Shown: one piece after another, positions 30,436-44,197 of the stretch
How positions within the stretch are numbered: the stretch's first letter is position 1
Layout: every line of letters begins with the position of its first letter
From: Eledone cirrhosa
Lineage: Eukaryota
DNA length: 64,000 nucleotides
Direction of reading: 5' to 3'
NCBI GenBank assembly: GCA_964016885.1
Contig: OZ024740.1
Coordinates: 78,430,001-78,494,000, forward strand
The notes under the pieces: generated by a model
What the model was told of the DNA's origin: nothing
Database searches by the model: none
What the model saw: only the letters and a program-made list of their open reading frames with translations
Made by a program: the position numbers and the translations under genes

Positions 30436-30467
<32 letters not shown>

Positions 30468-30481
30468 CACACACACACATA

Positions 30482-30517
<36 letters not shown>

Positions 30518-30569
30518 CACACACACACACACATACATATATATATACACACACACACACACATGCATA

Positions 30570-30605
<36 letters not shown>

Positions 30606-30612
30606 CACACAT

Positions 30613-30645
<33 letters not shown>

Positions 30646-30690
30646 CATATTTTCATATGTTACCCATTAGCAACCACGCAGCACGTTTAT

Positions 30691-30738
<48 letters not shown>

Positions 30739-30818
30739 TATATATCTATCTATCTATCTATATATCTATATCTATCTCTATATATATATATATCTATCTA
30801 TATCTATATATCTATCTA

Positions 30819-30873
<55 letters not shown>

Positions 30874-30882
30874 CTATCTATC

Positions 30883-31932
30883 ATTTACATAGCGTCCGTC
30901 ACTTACTACCGCCTGACTGTCGTGCCTTGCCCTAAGGAAACACTCACCACCATGGAACGCATGCTCTTCCAATTTCTTTGGAAGAAGCGTCCTCCTATGG
31001 TGAGAAGATCCATCTGCTGCCAACAACCTTCGAAAGGAGGGCTGGGGATGCCGTGGTTGATGATGCGTAGGCACGCATTAAGGCTACGGCACCTACAGGT
31101 ATTCCTCACTGGTCAACCGGTGTGGGCTCCGTTCGTGAAACGAGCCTTTCCGAGACTCGTCTCACTCACCGAGCTACAGTCCTGGGTCAAGCAAAGATCC
31201 GGAAAACTGGGAGACTGGCACACTGAGTGTGCTCAGGCGCTCAAGGCTCTCTGGCAAGCGGGCCGGGCCATCGGTGGAGAATCCACCTCATCATTCTATA
31301 GAGGGCTGGTGGCTAGCAGGGGCGATGACACCCTTGGAGAGTCGCTGGACATGGAAGAAGACGAACTGGCCAGCCTGTTCGGTAGGACTTTCGGCCCAGG
31401 ACCAATGGACAACTTCCAGAAGTCACTGGCCTGGCAGTGCTACCGAGGGGCTCTACCCGTTCGAGAGAGGCTCTACAGACACGGGCGCCCGGGCAGGGAT
31501 CCCTCAAAAAAGATTTGCCCTAGATGCGTGCGTCACGAAGAAACCGTGGCGCACGCATTGGTGCAATGTCCGGGCGTGGCTGATCTGTGGGGCTACGCCG
31601 AACAACTGCTGTCGCGGGTGGCGCCGATTAAATTGACCGCCGAGTCCGTGATGACAATCAAACCGCCTCCCCTCTTCACAAAGGAAGCAAAGGCGGTTTT
31701 TCTGTGCGTAATAGCCATGTTGAAAGAGGTTGTTTGGTGGACACGATTGAAAGGTCTGAGGTCAGGCAACTTCCTCTCTGGCCATAGTCTGGTCTACTTC
31801 TTCCGATATCACTTCGGAAGAAGGATAAGAATGGAGAGAGAGGTGCTTGGCCACAGGCAGTTTTATGAAAGGTGGGTGATAGTGGCGAGAATGGCTCGTG
31901 TAAATGGGCCTTCTCTGTATACCATCCTGTAA
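30883..31932 (+). CDS. Partial LINE ORF2 (RT thumb region plus zf-RVT-type CCHC finger), uninterrupted
   Basis: FLW...P.KGGLGMP, W...RGALP, CPRC...[10 protein letters not shown] motifs typical of L1/Tx1 ORF2. Confidence 0.85.
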   Translation: MYIASVTYYRLTVVPCPKETLTTMERMLFQFLWKKRPPMVRRSICCQQPSKGGLGMPWLMMRRHALRLRHLQVFLTGQPVWAPFVKRAFPRLVSLTELQSWVKQRSGKLGDWHTECAQALKALWQAGRAIGGESTSSFYRGLVASRGDDTLGESLDMEEDELASLFGRTFGPGPMDNFQKSLAWQCYRGALPVRERLYRHGRPGRDPSKKICPRCVRHEETVAHALVQCPGVADLWGYAEQLLSRVAPIKLTAESVMTIKPPPLFTKEAKAVFLCVIAMLKEVVWWTRLKGLRSGNFLSGHSLVYFFRYHFGRRIRMEREVLGHRQFYERWVIVARMARVNGPSLYTIL

Positions 31933-32147
31933 GTAAAGAAGTAAAGGAGAGGGGAACACCTTCTCCATGTGCTCCCCGGGCAAAGGATTGCACACTTTTT
32001 CGGGGGTGTGTGCAACCCCCATCACGTCCCCTCCCTTTTGAGGTTATTTTCGATTATTTTCATGTTACACCCTTTTTACTCGATTATATGTAAACTCCCC
32101 CTTTGTATTTGTCCCTTCTTTTTATGCCTTTATGGTAAATAAAGAAA
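30883..32147 (+). mobile_element. Tx1/L1-clade LINE, 5'-truncated, between (TCTA)n tracts
   Basis: ORF2 C-terminus, 3' UTR, AATAAA at 32138, then (TCTA)n. Confidence 0.9.
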
Positions 32148-32178
32148 TCTATCTATCTATCTATCTATCTATCTACGA

Positions 32179-32260
<82 letters not shown>

Positions 32261-32287
32261 TCGTAGATAGATAGATAGATAGATAGG

Positions 32288-32319
<32 letters not shown>

Positions 32320-32768
32320 AATTGAATGGGGGTCGCGAGGGAACAAGAAACAAGAGAAAGGGGAAGGGAAAGAGCGAAAAGAAACAAAGAAGGGAGGGAA
32401 AAGAAGGAAAAGCAAACATGCATACAAGAAAGAAAAAATAAATAAAGAGTTTGTGAGAGAGAGTGAAAGAGATAGTGAGTGAAAGCTCGTCTGAATGAGG
32501 TGGTGGGATGGTAAATAAAAAGTATTGCATGTATAATGGTGGAGGTGGTGGTGTTGGCCCAATAAAATATTGTCCTGGGGTAACAGCTGTGTAGATTGGT
32601 GCTAATATAAACAAGGTGCCAGTATAATCAGCGTTTTATAGCCTTCTAAACATCTTGGCAAGTGTACCTATGTTTTGCTATCAATGTGATATCATTTCAC
32701 TGTCATATATATTTATATACATATATATACATACATATACATATATATATATACTACATACATATACA

Positions 32769-32877
<109 letters not shown>

Positions 32878-32946
32878 TACTCGGCATAGAGTGCTCAACC
32901 GGCATACTGCCTATGGAAACATCTTAGCTACCATCAAACACATATA

Positions 32947-33060
<114 letters not shown>

Positions 33061-33072
33061 CATATATATATA

Positions 33073-33188
<116 letters not shown>

Positions 33189-33291
33189 ATGTAGGAGGTG
33201 AGTTTTATTGTAGCACAATAGAGCAATGTATATGTTGATTTAAAACTTCACTATTCACAAGTGTTTTTTAAGCTTCATATCATGTATCCCT

Positions 33292-33360
33292 ATTTTATCC
33301 GATGAGAACGCAGATATCATCCCATGATGATATTTGTTTTTGAAATGCGCATAATAAAAT
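33292..33360 (+). ncRNA. Hammerhead motif, family I (core U4C variant)
   Basis: attttat-CCGATGA-long stem II-GAA-ATG cg CAT-A-ataaaat. The homologue at 38257-38322 (-) has an intact CTGACGA but shortened stem III. Confidence 0.55.
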
Positions 33361-33391
33361 ACTTGGAACTCTTTTAACCATCTTTTGATCT

Positions 33392-33442
<51 letters not shown>

Positions 33443-33872
33443 TTGAAAATATTAATAAATATAGACATTCATGTAATCAAATATATTTTATATATATTTC
33501 GGAGGTACTGTGCTGTTTCCTCAGTACGTGCTCATCAGATAAAATATATAAATTGATGTATGAGATACCTCAACTGTGCTGATGGTTCAATTCCAGTCTT
33601 GGCAGTGATTAATTATAACAAAACTCAATATTTATATACCATAAGTACTAACATGACAAACTACATATAATGGAGCGCGTGAGTAGGTAAACGTGTAAAA
33701 AAAAAATAGATAAATAAAATACATAAACACATAAGTACATAAATGTTAAATATTTAATCAAAAGCGTGAACCTAATAAACCTTTATTTGTCTGCCTCTCT
33801 GCTTTGTTCCCGTATAAATTATATATATATATGACTGTAAAATGATATATATATATATATGACAGTGAAATG

Positions 33873-33914
<42 letters not shown>

Positions 33915-33923
33915 GTGTGTGTG

Positions 33924-33993
<70 letters not shown>

Positions 33994-34124
33994 CATATTA
34001 TAAAGTAAGAAGAAATAATAGACACAGACCATTTCTTCAACATCCCGACTGTACAGTTTCGCTGGTTACTATGCAAAAATCTAATATCATAGAGATGTAA
34101 CATTGTTGTGAGGTACCTCTCATT

Positions 34125-34178
<54 letters not shown>

Positions 34179-34417
34179 AGTATGTATGTATACGTACACA
34201 CACATATGTATACAGACGTACAGTAGCATGCATATACATATGTGTGTGTACGTATACATACATACTTACATGAAATTTCGTTTTCATTTTATTACAACTT
34301 ATCGTTTTCGGTACGCCTGGCGGAACTCACTCGATATGCAAATTAGGCTGCTCAGCCGTTAATTTTCATAAGGAAACTATATACTTTCGAACGTTCAACC
34401 ATCTGGCAGAAGGGTAT

Positions 34418-34460
34418 ACGGTGCTGATGATAGCTAACAAGCTTGAAACTAGTACATCGT
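34418..34460 (+). ncRNA. Type I hammerhead ribozyme (family C)
   Basis: acggtg-CTGATGA-t agct aaca agct t-GAA-AC ta GT-A-catcgt. Confidence 0.8.
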
Positions 34461-34617
34461 TCCTGTGTCAGTGTTGAACAAAAAGGTGACGTGGTTGCCT
34501 TAACACCGTGCGGCATAAATTCAGGCTGTTCAGTTTGTTTACAAACGAACAAAGCGGGCGTTATAATAAGTGTCCGCTAAACTGATACGTACATATATGT
34601 ATGTGTACCTGTATGTA

Positions 34618-34707
<90 letters not shown>

Positions 34708-34939
34708 TGCTACTGTACGCCTGTATACATATGTGTGTGTACGTATACATACATACTTGCATTTAAGTAAGTGCCGTACTAAGAGTGAGAAATGAAATTT
34801 CGTTTTCATTTTATTACAACTTATCGTTTTCGGTACGCCTGGCCGAACTCACTCGATATGCAAATTAGGCTGCTCAGCGGTTAATTTTCATAAGGAAAGT
34901 ATATACTTTCGAACGTTCAACCATCTGGCAGAAGGGTAT

Positions 34940-34982
34940 ACGGTGCTGATGATAGCTAACAAGCTTGAAACTAGTACATCGT
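34940..34982 (+). ncRNA. Type I hammerhead ribozyme (family C, second unit)
   Basis: Identical to 34418-34460. Confidence 0.8.
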
Positions 34983-35587
34983 TCCTGTGTCAGTGTTGAA
35001 CAAAAAGGTGACGTGGTTGCCTTAACACCGTGCGGCATAAATTCAGGCTGTTCAGTTTGTTTACAAACGAACAAAGCGGGCGTTATAATAAGCGTCCGCT
35101 AAACTGATACGTACATATATGTATGTGTACCTGTATGTATATATGTATATATATATAGATATATATGCATGCTACTGTACGTCTGTATACATATGTGTGT
35201 GTACGTATACATACATACTTACATTTAAGTAAGTGCCGTACTAAGAGTGAGAAATGAAATTTCGTTTTCATTTTATTACAACTTATATATATATGATTAT
35301 ATATGTTCTGGCTCGTTAATTTTTTAACCTGCCATAGAACCACATTGGCATACGGTTGGATAATACATGTGTCCCTATATGCATTTTGGTCGAGATAACA
35401 TTTTGGTCGTTTTATCTGCTGCTATTTCTAGTGGCAGTACAATGACCTTTCCGCCCTTGCCTTCAATCTTTACACACGGCATTAGACAAAATTGTTTCAT
35501 CATCATACACTCTCATCCGGGACCAGTTCTGTATGGCGCCAGTTCGTGATTTGAACTCGGGAATTTTATATTCTCCGAGTGAGAAGA

Positions 35588-35671
35588 ACCCTCTGACGAA
35601 AGTCTTCTTCTCAATGGATTTCCGAATGGATTATCCTTTTATTTTGAGACTTGAAACTACGCGGTTAGGGT
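35588..35671 (+). ncRNA. Type I hammerhead with extended stem II (family G)
   Basis: accct-CTGACGA-aagtct...agactt-GAA-AC tacgcg GT-T-agggt. Confidence 0.65.
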
Positions 35672-35761
35672 AATTATAGCAGGTACAGTGAACTTTTTAA
35701 AATTTATTTAAAAACTTTTTCTTATATGCTATAAACCTTATAGATACATATATATATACGT

Positions 35762-35891
<130 letters not shown>

Positions 35892-35976
35892 TTGTATATA
35901 TACATATATTTTTATGTGTATATTTATATATATGTATATGTGTATATATATATATATGTCTGTATATGTGTTTGTT

Positions 35977-36015
<39 letters not shown>

Positions 36016-36020
36016 GTGTA

Positions 36021-36081
<61 letters not shown>

Positions 36082-36083
<2 letters not shown>

Positions 36084-36267
36084 CGAAGGAAATGTGGTAA
36101 GGAACCAGGTGGACCATAACGCACCAAAGTACTCAATACTTGAGGTAGTAGAGTGGGTAATAGGAACCAGTAAGACCCCGACAGCTGAGCTCAAGCCGTT
36201 TCGACGGCTAATTCTCTGAATTAGCCGTCGAAACGGCTTGAGCTCAGCTGTCGGGGTCTTACTGGTT

Positions 36268-36271
<4 letters not shown>
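36082..36271. mobile_element. PLE-end-like fragment with a perfect about 55-bp-arm palindrome containing the 3' half of an HHR
   Basis: 36160-36271 inverted repeat; the arm reads GAA-ACGGCT tgagctc AGCTGT-C-ggggtc. Confidence 0.6.
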
Positions 36272-36305
<34 letters not shown>

Positions 36306-36322
36306 CACACACATATATACAC

Positions 36323-36381
<59 letters not shown>

Positions 36382-36440
36382 CAAACACATATACACACAT
36401 ATATATATATACACATATACATATATATATATATATACAT

Positions 36441-36474
<34 letters not shown>

Positions 36475-36505
36475 GCATACACACATACACGTATATATAT
36501 ATGTA

Positions 36506-36549
<44 letters not shown>

Positions 36550-36554
<5 letters not shown>

Positions 36555-36967
36555 ATACTTTGGGAGGGTCATGTTGCCAATTAGAAACACACGCACCAGG
36601 TACTTTCACTCCAATTTATTATAAATTAAAAAATTAAAAATAAAATTTTTTTACAAACATTTTTCTATAAATTTCAGGTTGGTTGGTTCCACAAAAACAA
36701 GATGGTGTAGGACAGAACAAAGGTGATGCACAAAACAAAGAAAAGAATCCACAGTCACTGAAGAGGTCACAGAATGTGTGACGAAAGAACTTTGATAATA
36801 TATGAACAACCGTGGAACCGGAAATTTATAGAAAAATGTTTGTAAAAAAATATTTTTTTTTAAATTTTTAATTTATAATGGCAACATGAGCCTCCCAAAG
36901 TATAACAATATCGGTTTCAACACACGTTTTCAGATAAAGAATCTTGCTAAACAAATTCAGAAACGAA

Positions 36968-36968
<1 letters not shown>
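36550..36968. mobile_element. Family D inverted insertion
   Basis: Homologous to 39502-39918 and 47073-47630; HHR-like motif at 36754-36796 (+). Confidence 0.75.
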
Positions 36969-36998
<30 letters not shown>

Positions 36999-37285
36999 CA
37001 AATAACGAAACGAAATTAAATTTCGTTTCGTTTGTAACTCACTTTTGTATGACTGACGCTTAAACAATTAAGTTAAAAATGTACATCCACATATGTATAC
37101 TGAAATACTAGTATGCATATGAATACACACACGTGTACATATGTAGATGTACCGAGTTTTCACTGGTCACTTTACTGTGAGTGTCCAGCTATTCTGTATG
37201 TAAACACACAGACAAACCGGTTTTTAGAGTCATACTGGTTTTTGAGGAAACACCTTTCCTCTATTCTCCAGAAAGCCAGACAAGG

Positions 37286-37330
37286 AATATTGGACTAGTT
37301 TCGATGTTGTTACATCTCATCAGCAATATT
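37286..37330 (-). ncRNA. Type I hammerhead ribozyme (family A)
   Basis: aatattg-CTGATGA-gatgt aaca acatc-GAA-AC ta GT-C-caatatt. Confidence 0.85.
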
Positions 37331-37936
37331 TACCTATCTTCCGGCCTCTCTAGAGAATCGTGAAAGCACATATCGTTATATGCTTTTTCTATGAAAATTA
37401 GTAGTGGGCAGACCAATTTGCATAGAGCGTGAGTACATACCGGTTCAACAGAGACGATAAAAACAAATAACGAAACGAAATTAAATTTCGTTTCGTTTGT
37501 AACTCACTTTTGTATTCCTTGTCTGGCTTTCTGGAGAATAGAGGAAAGGTGTTTCCTCAAAAACCAGTATGACTCTAAAAACCGGTTTGTCTGTGTGTTT
37601 ACATACAGAATAGCTGGACACTCACAGTAAAGTGACCAGTGAAAACTCGGTACATCTACATATGTACACGTGTGTGTATTCATATGCATACTAGTATTTC
37701 AGTATACATATGTGGATGTACATTTTTAACTTAATTGTTTAAGCGTCAGTCATACAAAAGTGAGTTACAAACGAAACGAAATTTAATTTCGTTTCGTTAT
37801 TTGTTTTTATCGTCTCCGTTGAACCGGTATGTACTCACGCTCTATGCAAATTGGTCTGCCCACTACTAATTTTCATAGAAAAAGCATATAACGATATGTA
37901 CTTTCACGATTCTCTAGAGAGGCCGGAAGATAGGTA

Positions 37937-37981
37937 AATATTGCTGATGAGATGTAACAACATCGAAACTAGTCCAATATT
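37937..37981 (+). ncRNA. Type I hammerhead ribozyme (family A)
   Basis: Same sequence as 37286-37330 on the plus strand; canonical GUC site. Confidence 0.85.
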
Positions 37982-38636
37982 CCTTGTCTGGCTTTCTGGA
38001 GAATAGAGGAAAGGTGTTTCCTCAAAAACCAGTATGACTCTAAAAACCGGTTTGTCTGTGTGTTTACATACAGAATAGCTGGCCACTCACAGTAAAGTGA
38101 CCAGTGAAAACTCGGTACATCTACATATGTACACGTGTGTGTATTCATATGCATACTAGTATTTCAGTATACATATGTGGATGTACATTTTTAACTTAAT
38201 TATATATATATATATATAATATATAAGATCAAAAGATGGTTAAAAGAGTTTCATGTATTTTATTATCATTTCAAAAACAAATATCATCATGCAATAACAT
38301 TTGCGTTTTCGTCAGATAAAATAGGGAGACATGATATGAAGGTTAAAAAACACTTGCGAATAGTGCAGTTTTAAATCAACATATGTATATATATATATTT
38401 ATATATATATATACATACACACACAGATACATTGTAGGTCGCTTTAACCCGTCTTTTATTATTCAAAAGACTTCTTGCCAATAAACATTAACCCTTTGTG
38501 CGCCATTCATCTAACTGTAGACCAACAAATACCAAGTAAACGGAGCGTTGACAAGAATGATGGCGAATGAATCTTCGAGGTAAGCAGTTTCCTCCCGAGC
38601 TGTTAGTTCACGCGGGATTCTTTACTACACCTTTTC

Positions 38637-38860
38637 GTAATAATGATTTCTTATATAGTCACAAGGCCTGCAATTTTGGGGGAGGGGAAAGTCGATTAAA
38701 TCTACCCCAGTGCGTGACTGGTACTTTATTTTATCGACTCCGTAAGGATGAAAGGCAAAGTTAACCTCGGCATGATTTGAATTCAGAATGGCAAGGGCCG
38801 TAACTCTATGCGTCAAAGCATGGCGTCCGACCCTCTACCGATACTGCCAATCCACCGCCC
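38637..38860 (-). mobile_element. tRNA-derived SINE, family a
   Basis: Full head, central block and tail; CCTTTTCGTAATAAT on both flanks (possible TSD). Further copies at about 42165-42348, 48222-48398 (-) and 60678-60868 (+). Confidence 0.85.
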
Positions 38861-39501
38861 CTTTTCGTAATAATACCGAACAACGTACTGCTGGTCACTG
38901 CTTCCTCCAAAAGCCGTACAAAGCGGACATGTGCATCGGACAGATGGATCGGGTGCAAACCTACACCAGGACTACGCGAGAAATTCGCAAGGGACTGCAC
39001 CGACAGGGATAGAGAGAAAGAGTAACTTAGTGGAAAGAGTGCGACTGAAGTTTTGAGGTAAGTAGCCTTCGCCTTACTGCTATTGCACTGGAACCTTCTG
39101 CCAACTTAACCTGTGACTTTCTCTTTCACATTTACTCCAATAGGCCAAAACAGAGGAGTATGAAAAGAAGGGCTCAACAATATTTCTATGAACAATGCAC
39201 GTAGACAAACTGTACTTTCAACTTCTTAATTTTCTCCAAATAAAACAAGTTTCCTGTCGGTATATTTTCGTGAGTTTTTAACAGGAACTTACAAATAAAC
39301 GTTTCTCATTGGAGGTGCTATTACCAATGTTCTTACCCGTGCAACGCCAGGATACACTGCTAGTATTATATATATATATGTAAATATATATATCATATAT
39401 ATTATATATATTATATATATATGTATATATTATACATATAATATATATAATATGTATATATGTATATAATATGTATATATGTATATATATATATATACAT
39501 A

Positions 39502-40060
<559 letters not shown>

Positions 40061-40639
40061 GAACTGTTACTGCTATTACTACATCTTGCAATGTGTGAGA
40101 CATCACCGTCGCTCATCAGGTCGACATTTATTTGCTTTGCTTTTCTTGTCGTCCATACTGCTTCTCCCCACCCTCTCCTTTATTTACCATTCTTCTCGGT
40201 TGCTTGACTTGCAAGAAATACCACTCGAATCTCCCTCAAAATAAACTCTATTATCTTAAAAGAAGGATGGATATATTAGATAATATAGCTGGTCCACGCA
40301 CAAGCACACACACATACACACATACACACACACACATACACACACACGTATATATATATATATAAACAATGAGTTGTTTGTTTTGTTGATTATTCAACAA
40401 AGTTAATTTATAACAGATTTGAAGCACTCAACAAATTTTTCTCTAGTATAATTAATATCAATAATATTAATAAATGGAAAATATCTTTATAAAACCATAT
40501 TTCTTTTATTATACGTATTTCAAGGGTACCAATATTTTGGTACGCATTCGTCAGATTAAATACAATATTTGGTTTAAAGATAGTGACATATCCTCATATG
40601 AACTTAATGTTATGAGTTCATATCCACAATGAACTCACA

Positions 40640-40679
<40 letters not shown>

Positions 40680-40680
<1 letters not shown>

Positions 40681-41190
40681 AGGTCGCTCCCGTGTGCTAC
40701 TGGTAACATCTAACCCAGTACAACCTGTCTCATGTTCAGGTCGCCGGCGACTAAACCGGCAACCGGTAAGGAGGGTCATATTTGGACACCCTGTGGGATG
40801 AAATACAAGACCCGGCAAAGGGCGAAGGAATTCAGCAGAGTCAACGGCCATCCAAATAGTACTTTTTTTTCTTTCTTTTTTTTACCTGGGAGGGAAAGGC
40901 CCCCAGTTGTAGCCAGAACACCTTTCTAGGAGAGGGAAACTCTGAAAAATAAACCTGCGGCTTCGGAAGCATCCGATGATGTTGACCAGTTCTCATTTTC
41001 GGGTAGTGTTTTCGATGGTCAGAGAGTGGGACTGGTCGAGTGCAAGGCCTTTCCCCACTTAAAACACCTTCAAAGCACAGACATTGATTGTTCAGGAAAT
41101 GTTACAGGTTTGCGTGGCTGGCTGTGGCCTAAAAGTGCATCGAACTCTATAATCTGACAAACGATTGCAGTACTCTTAGAAGAGTTTGCA
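40680..41190 (+). mobile_element. Possible 5' UTR of an RTE-clade LINE
   Basis: GC-richer block between (TA)n tracts; GGAGAGGGAAACTCTGAA...AAACC resembles a motif I recall from RTE 5' ends (recollection only). Confidence 0.35.
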
Positions 41191-41207
41191 ACCATCATAT
41201 ATGTATG

Positions 41208-41269
<62 letters not shown>

Positions 41270-41477
41270 ATGATAAATGTGAAAAATAAAATCGGAAGAG
41301 GGCTCGATAAGGACTATTATATATATATAATTATAAAAAATATATATATATATAAAAATATATATATATATATATATACATACATACATATATATATAAA
41401 CCCGTAGAGCAAATATTTATTACAAAAGCAGATTAAAGTTTAAGCAAAGAATCGCTGCTTTCATCCTTAATGGGATC

Positions 41478-41571
<94 letters not shown>

Positions 41572-43013
41572 TAAAACGGCACAGTACATGGAAGAAATGT
41601 AGCAGTTTAACGTAACGCTTGAAATATCAGGAAGAGAGTCTTAACGTTTCGCACACTAGTCCTTCATTAGAAGATAGAGTTAGAAATAGAAGAAAAGAGA
41701 AAGTAAGAAGTGATAAGAAGAAGGAACGATGAAAAATGAGGGGGGAAATGAGGGAGAACAAAACGCACTTACGTATTCAGTCGGCCATATGTGTGTGTGT
41801 GAGTGTGTGTATGTATATCCCTAAAATGGCTGACTGAATGCACACGCGATTTTTCTCAAAACATTTTTTTTCCGTTCCTTCCTCTTCTCACTCTATATTT
41901 CTATTTCATCTTTAATTTCTCGTTCTATCTCCTGTTACGAAACGTAAAGACTCTTTTCCTACTATATTAAGCGTTAAACTAATATATTTTTTTTATTGTA
42001 CCTTGTTGTTTACTTTGCTGTTTCCGTTTACCGTCTTCATGTATATACATAAGCAAGACCGTTAACCACTCTAAATATACATATGCTTACACTACACATA
42101 TATACACTATATATATATGCATGTATATATAACAAACGCAAGCAATCATCGAATGTCCTATACATAAATAATTGTTTATACTTTTGGCACAGGCCAGCAA
42201 TTATCCCAGTTCATTACTGGTATTTTATTTTATCGACGCCGTAAGGATGAAAGGTAAAGGTAACCTCGGCGGGATTTGAACTCAGACCATAAAGGGCCGT
42301 AACTCTTTGCTGCAAAGCATGGTGTCCGACCCTCTACCGATACTGCCAAATAATGCACCCAGAAAACAATCCAAATAATAAACAAACGATCTAGTGGACA
42401 AGACCATCGGATTCCAAAGTCGTGAAAATTATATTCGTAAAAACTGAGCCAATCATGAACTAAATGTCTATGTGCAAAACTGTTATCCACAGTTGTATAA
42501 AAAATATAATGAACGTTATCCACAGTTGTATAAAAAATATAATGAACGAAAACACAAACACATATGATAAATGCAAATATAAACGCATAAAAGAGAGATA
42601 AAACAAAACATAAAAAGATCGGATATATCCAAAAAGTGGAACGAAATAACCGGTGGTCGAGATTAGGAGAATTTTGGTAAAATTTATGTACATTTTTTCT
42701 TCAAACTTCTATTTTGTACCTAATTCCGTGTAGTTAACTATTTGTCTAGTCAATTTCTACAGGCTAGAAGAAATAATTAGATAAGTGTCATATGGCTTAC
42801 ATCGCGGAAAAGAATCTGTAACATTTGTCTACTATTTCTTCACAAGTACATTTTAAACTTATAGCCTCGTTTAAATGATTTTTTATGTTGTGGTTAATTT
42901 ATACTGATTGGGAGAAGAAATACTGTATATATTTTAACTAATGGTTCTTCGGACTTGCATTTATATATATATATATATATATTCATATATATTTATATAT
43001 ATATATATATGTA

Positions 43014-43074
<61 letters not shown>

Positions 43075-43078
<4 letters not shown>

Positions 43079-43962
43079 TATTTGGTAATACACTGTATGC
43101 TTAATTAAAAGCAATTTGAAGACCTTACGCTATTGTTTTAAAGTAGTGACTATGTCACTTCTTTTTTCAACAAACAAAGGGAGATAAACTGACAGATCTC
43201 TGTTTCATACTGTTGGTATTTCTCAGAGCTTAACACTCCCCTTGTTTGTTGAAAAATTATGAATGTTGGATTCTTATAGAATTCCAGTAATAATGAGGAA
43301 CTGATTATACAGAGCGGTTGCTGGTCCAGAAAAAATTGAAAATTGGAATTGGTGCTCTGAAATAGCGATGTATATATGAATGTATATATAGTGTCTTTGG
43401 TAATACACTGTACACTTAAGTAAAAGCATTTTGAAGACCTTACGCTATTGTTTTAAAGTAGTGACTATGTCACTTACTTCTTTTTTCAACAAACAAAGGG
43501 AGATAAGCTGACAGATCTCTGTTTCATACTGTTGGTATTCCACAGAACTTAGCACTCCCTTTGTTTGTTGAAAAATTATGAATGTTGGATTCTTATAGAA
43601 TTCCAGTAATAATCAGGAACTGATTATGCAGAGCGGTTTGTTTTTTTTGCTGGACCGGCAACCGCTCTGTATAATCAGTTCCTGATTATTACTGGAATTC
43701 TATAAGAATCCAACATTAATAATTTTTCAAGAAACAAGGGGAGTGCTGAGCTCTGAGGAATACCAACAGTATGAAACAGAGATCTGTCAGCTTATCTCCC
43801 TTTCTTTGTTAAAAAAAAAGAAGTGACATAGTCACTACTTTAAAACAATAGCGTAAGGTCTTCAAAATGCTTTTAATTAAGCATACAGTGTATTACCAAA
43901 TACACTATATATACATTCATATATACATCGCTATTTCAGAGCACCAATTCTAATTTTCAATT
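43075..43962. mobile_element. HHR-bearing repeat family E: two minus-strand tandem units (about 315 bp) plus one inverted unit
   Basis: 43075-43390 repeated at 43390-43640; reverse complement at 43649-43962; (TA)n flanks. Confidence 0.85.
43748..43793 (+). ncRNA. Type I hammerhead ribozyme (family E)
   Basis: gagct-CTGAGGA-atac caaca gtat-GAA-ACAGA ga TCTGT-C-agctt; fully canonical. Confidence 0.9.
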
Positions 43963-44197
43963 ATATATATATTTTCACCCCTGACATGACCAAAACCAAA
44001 GAACAGAAAACGGTGGAGGTCAATGAATTTATTTATTTATTCATTTATTTATTCATTTATTTTATCTATAATGATTCATACACTTAAAATGCAAGTGAAG
44101 TATGTTTATATATGAAAGAAAGGGACTGCAACCATAAATATCCTAATACTTAGTAGTTTCCGATTAATGTTGTTTTCAGGTTCTCCCCCAACCCTAG

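Larger units (their letters stand above)
34176..35285 (+). mobile_element. Family C tandem dimer (about 522-bp period here) with short inverted 5' arm
   Basis: Two near-identical units, each with an HHR; flanked by (TA)n. Confidence 0.85.
36994..38200. mobile_element. Family A tandem plus inverted array in (TA)n
   Basis: Minus arm 36994-37515 (1.1 units of 465 bp), plus arm 37513-38200 (about 1.5 units). Confidence 0.9.

Noticed and set aside
33482-33546. Further HHR-like cores here and at about 1188-1244, 41628-41675 and 46570-46612
   Set aside because: Each has a core mutation or broken stem; possibly relics, not called.
40680-40770. Possible HDV-like ribozyme at a putative RTE 5' end
   Set aside because: I could not build the nested double pseudoknot by eye.
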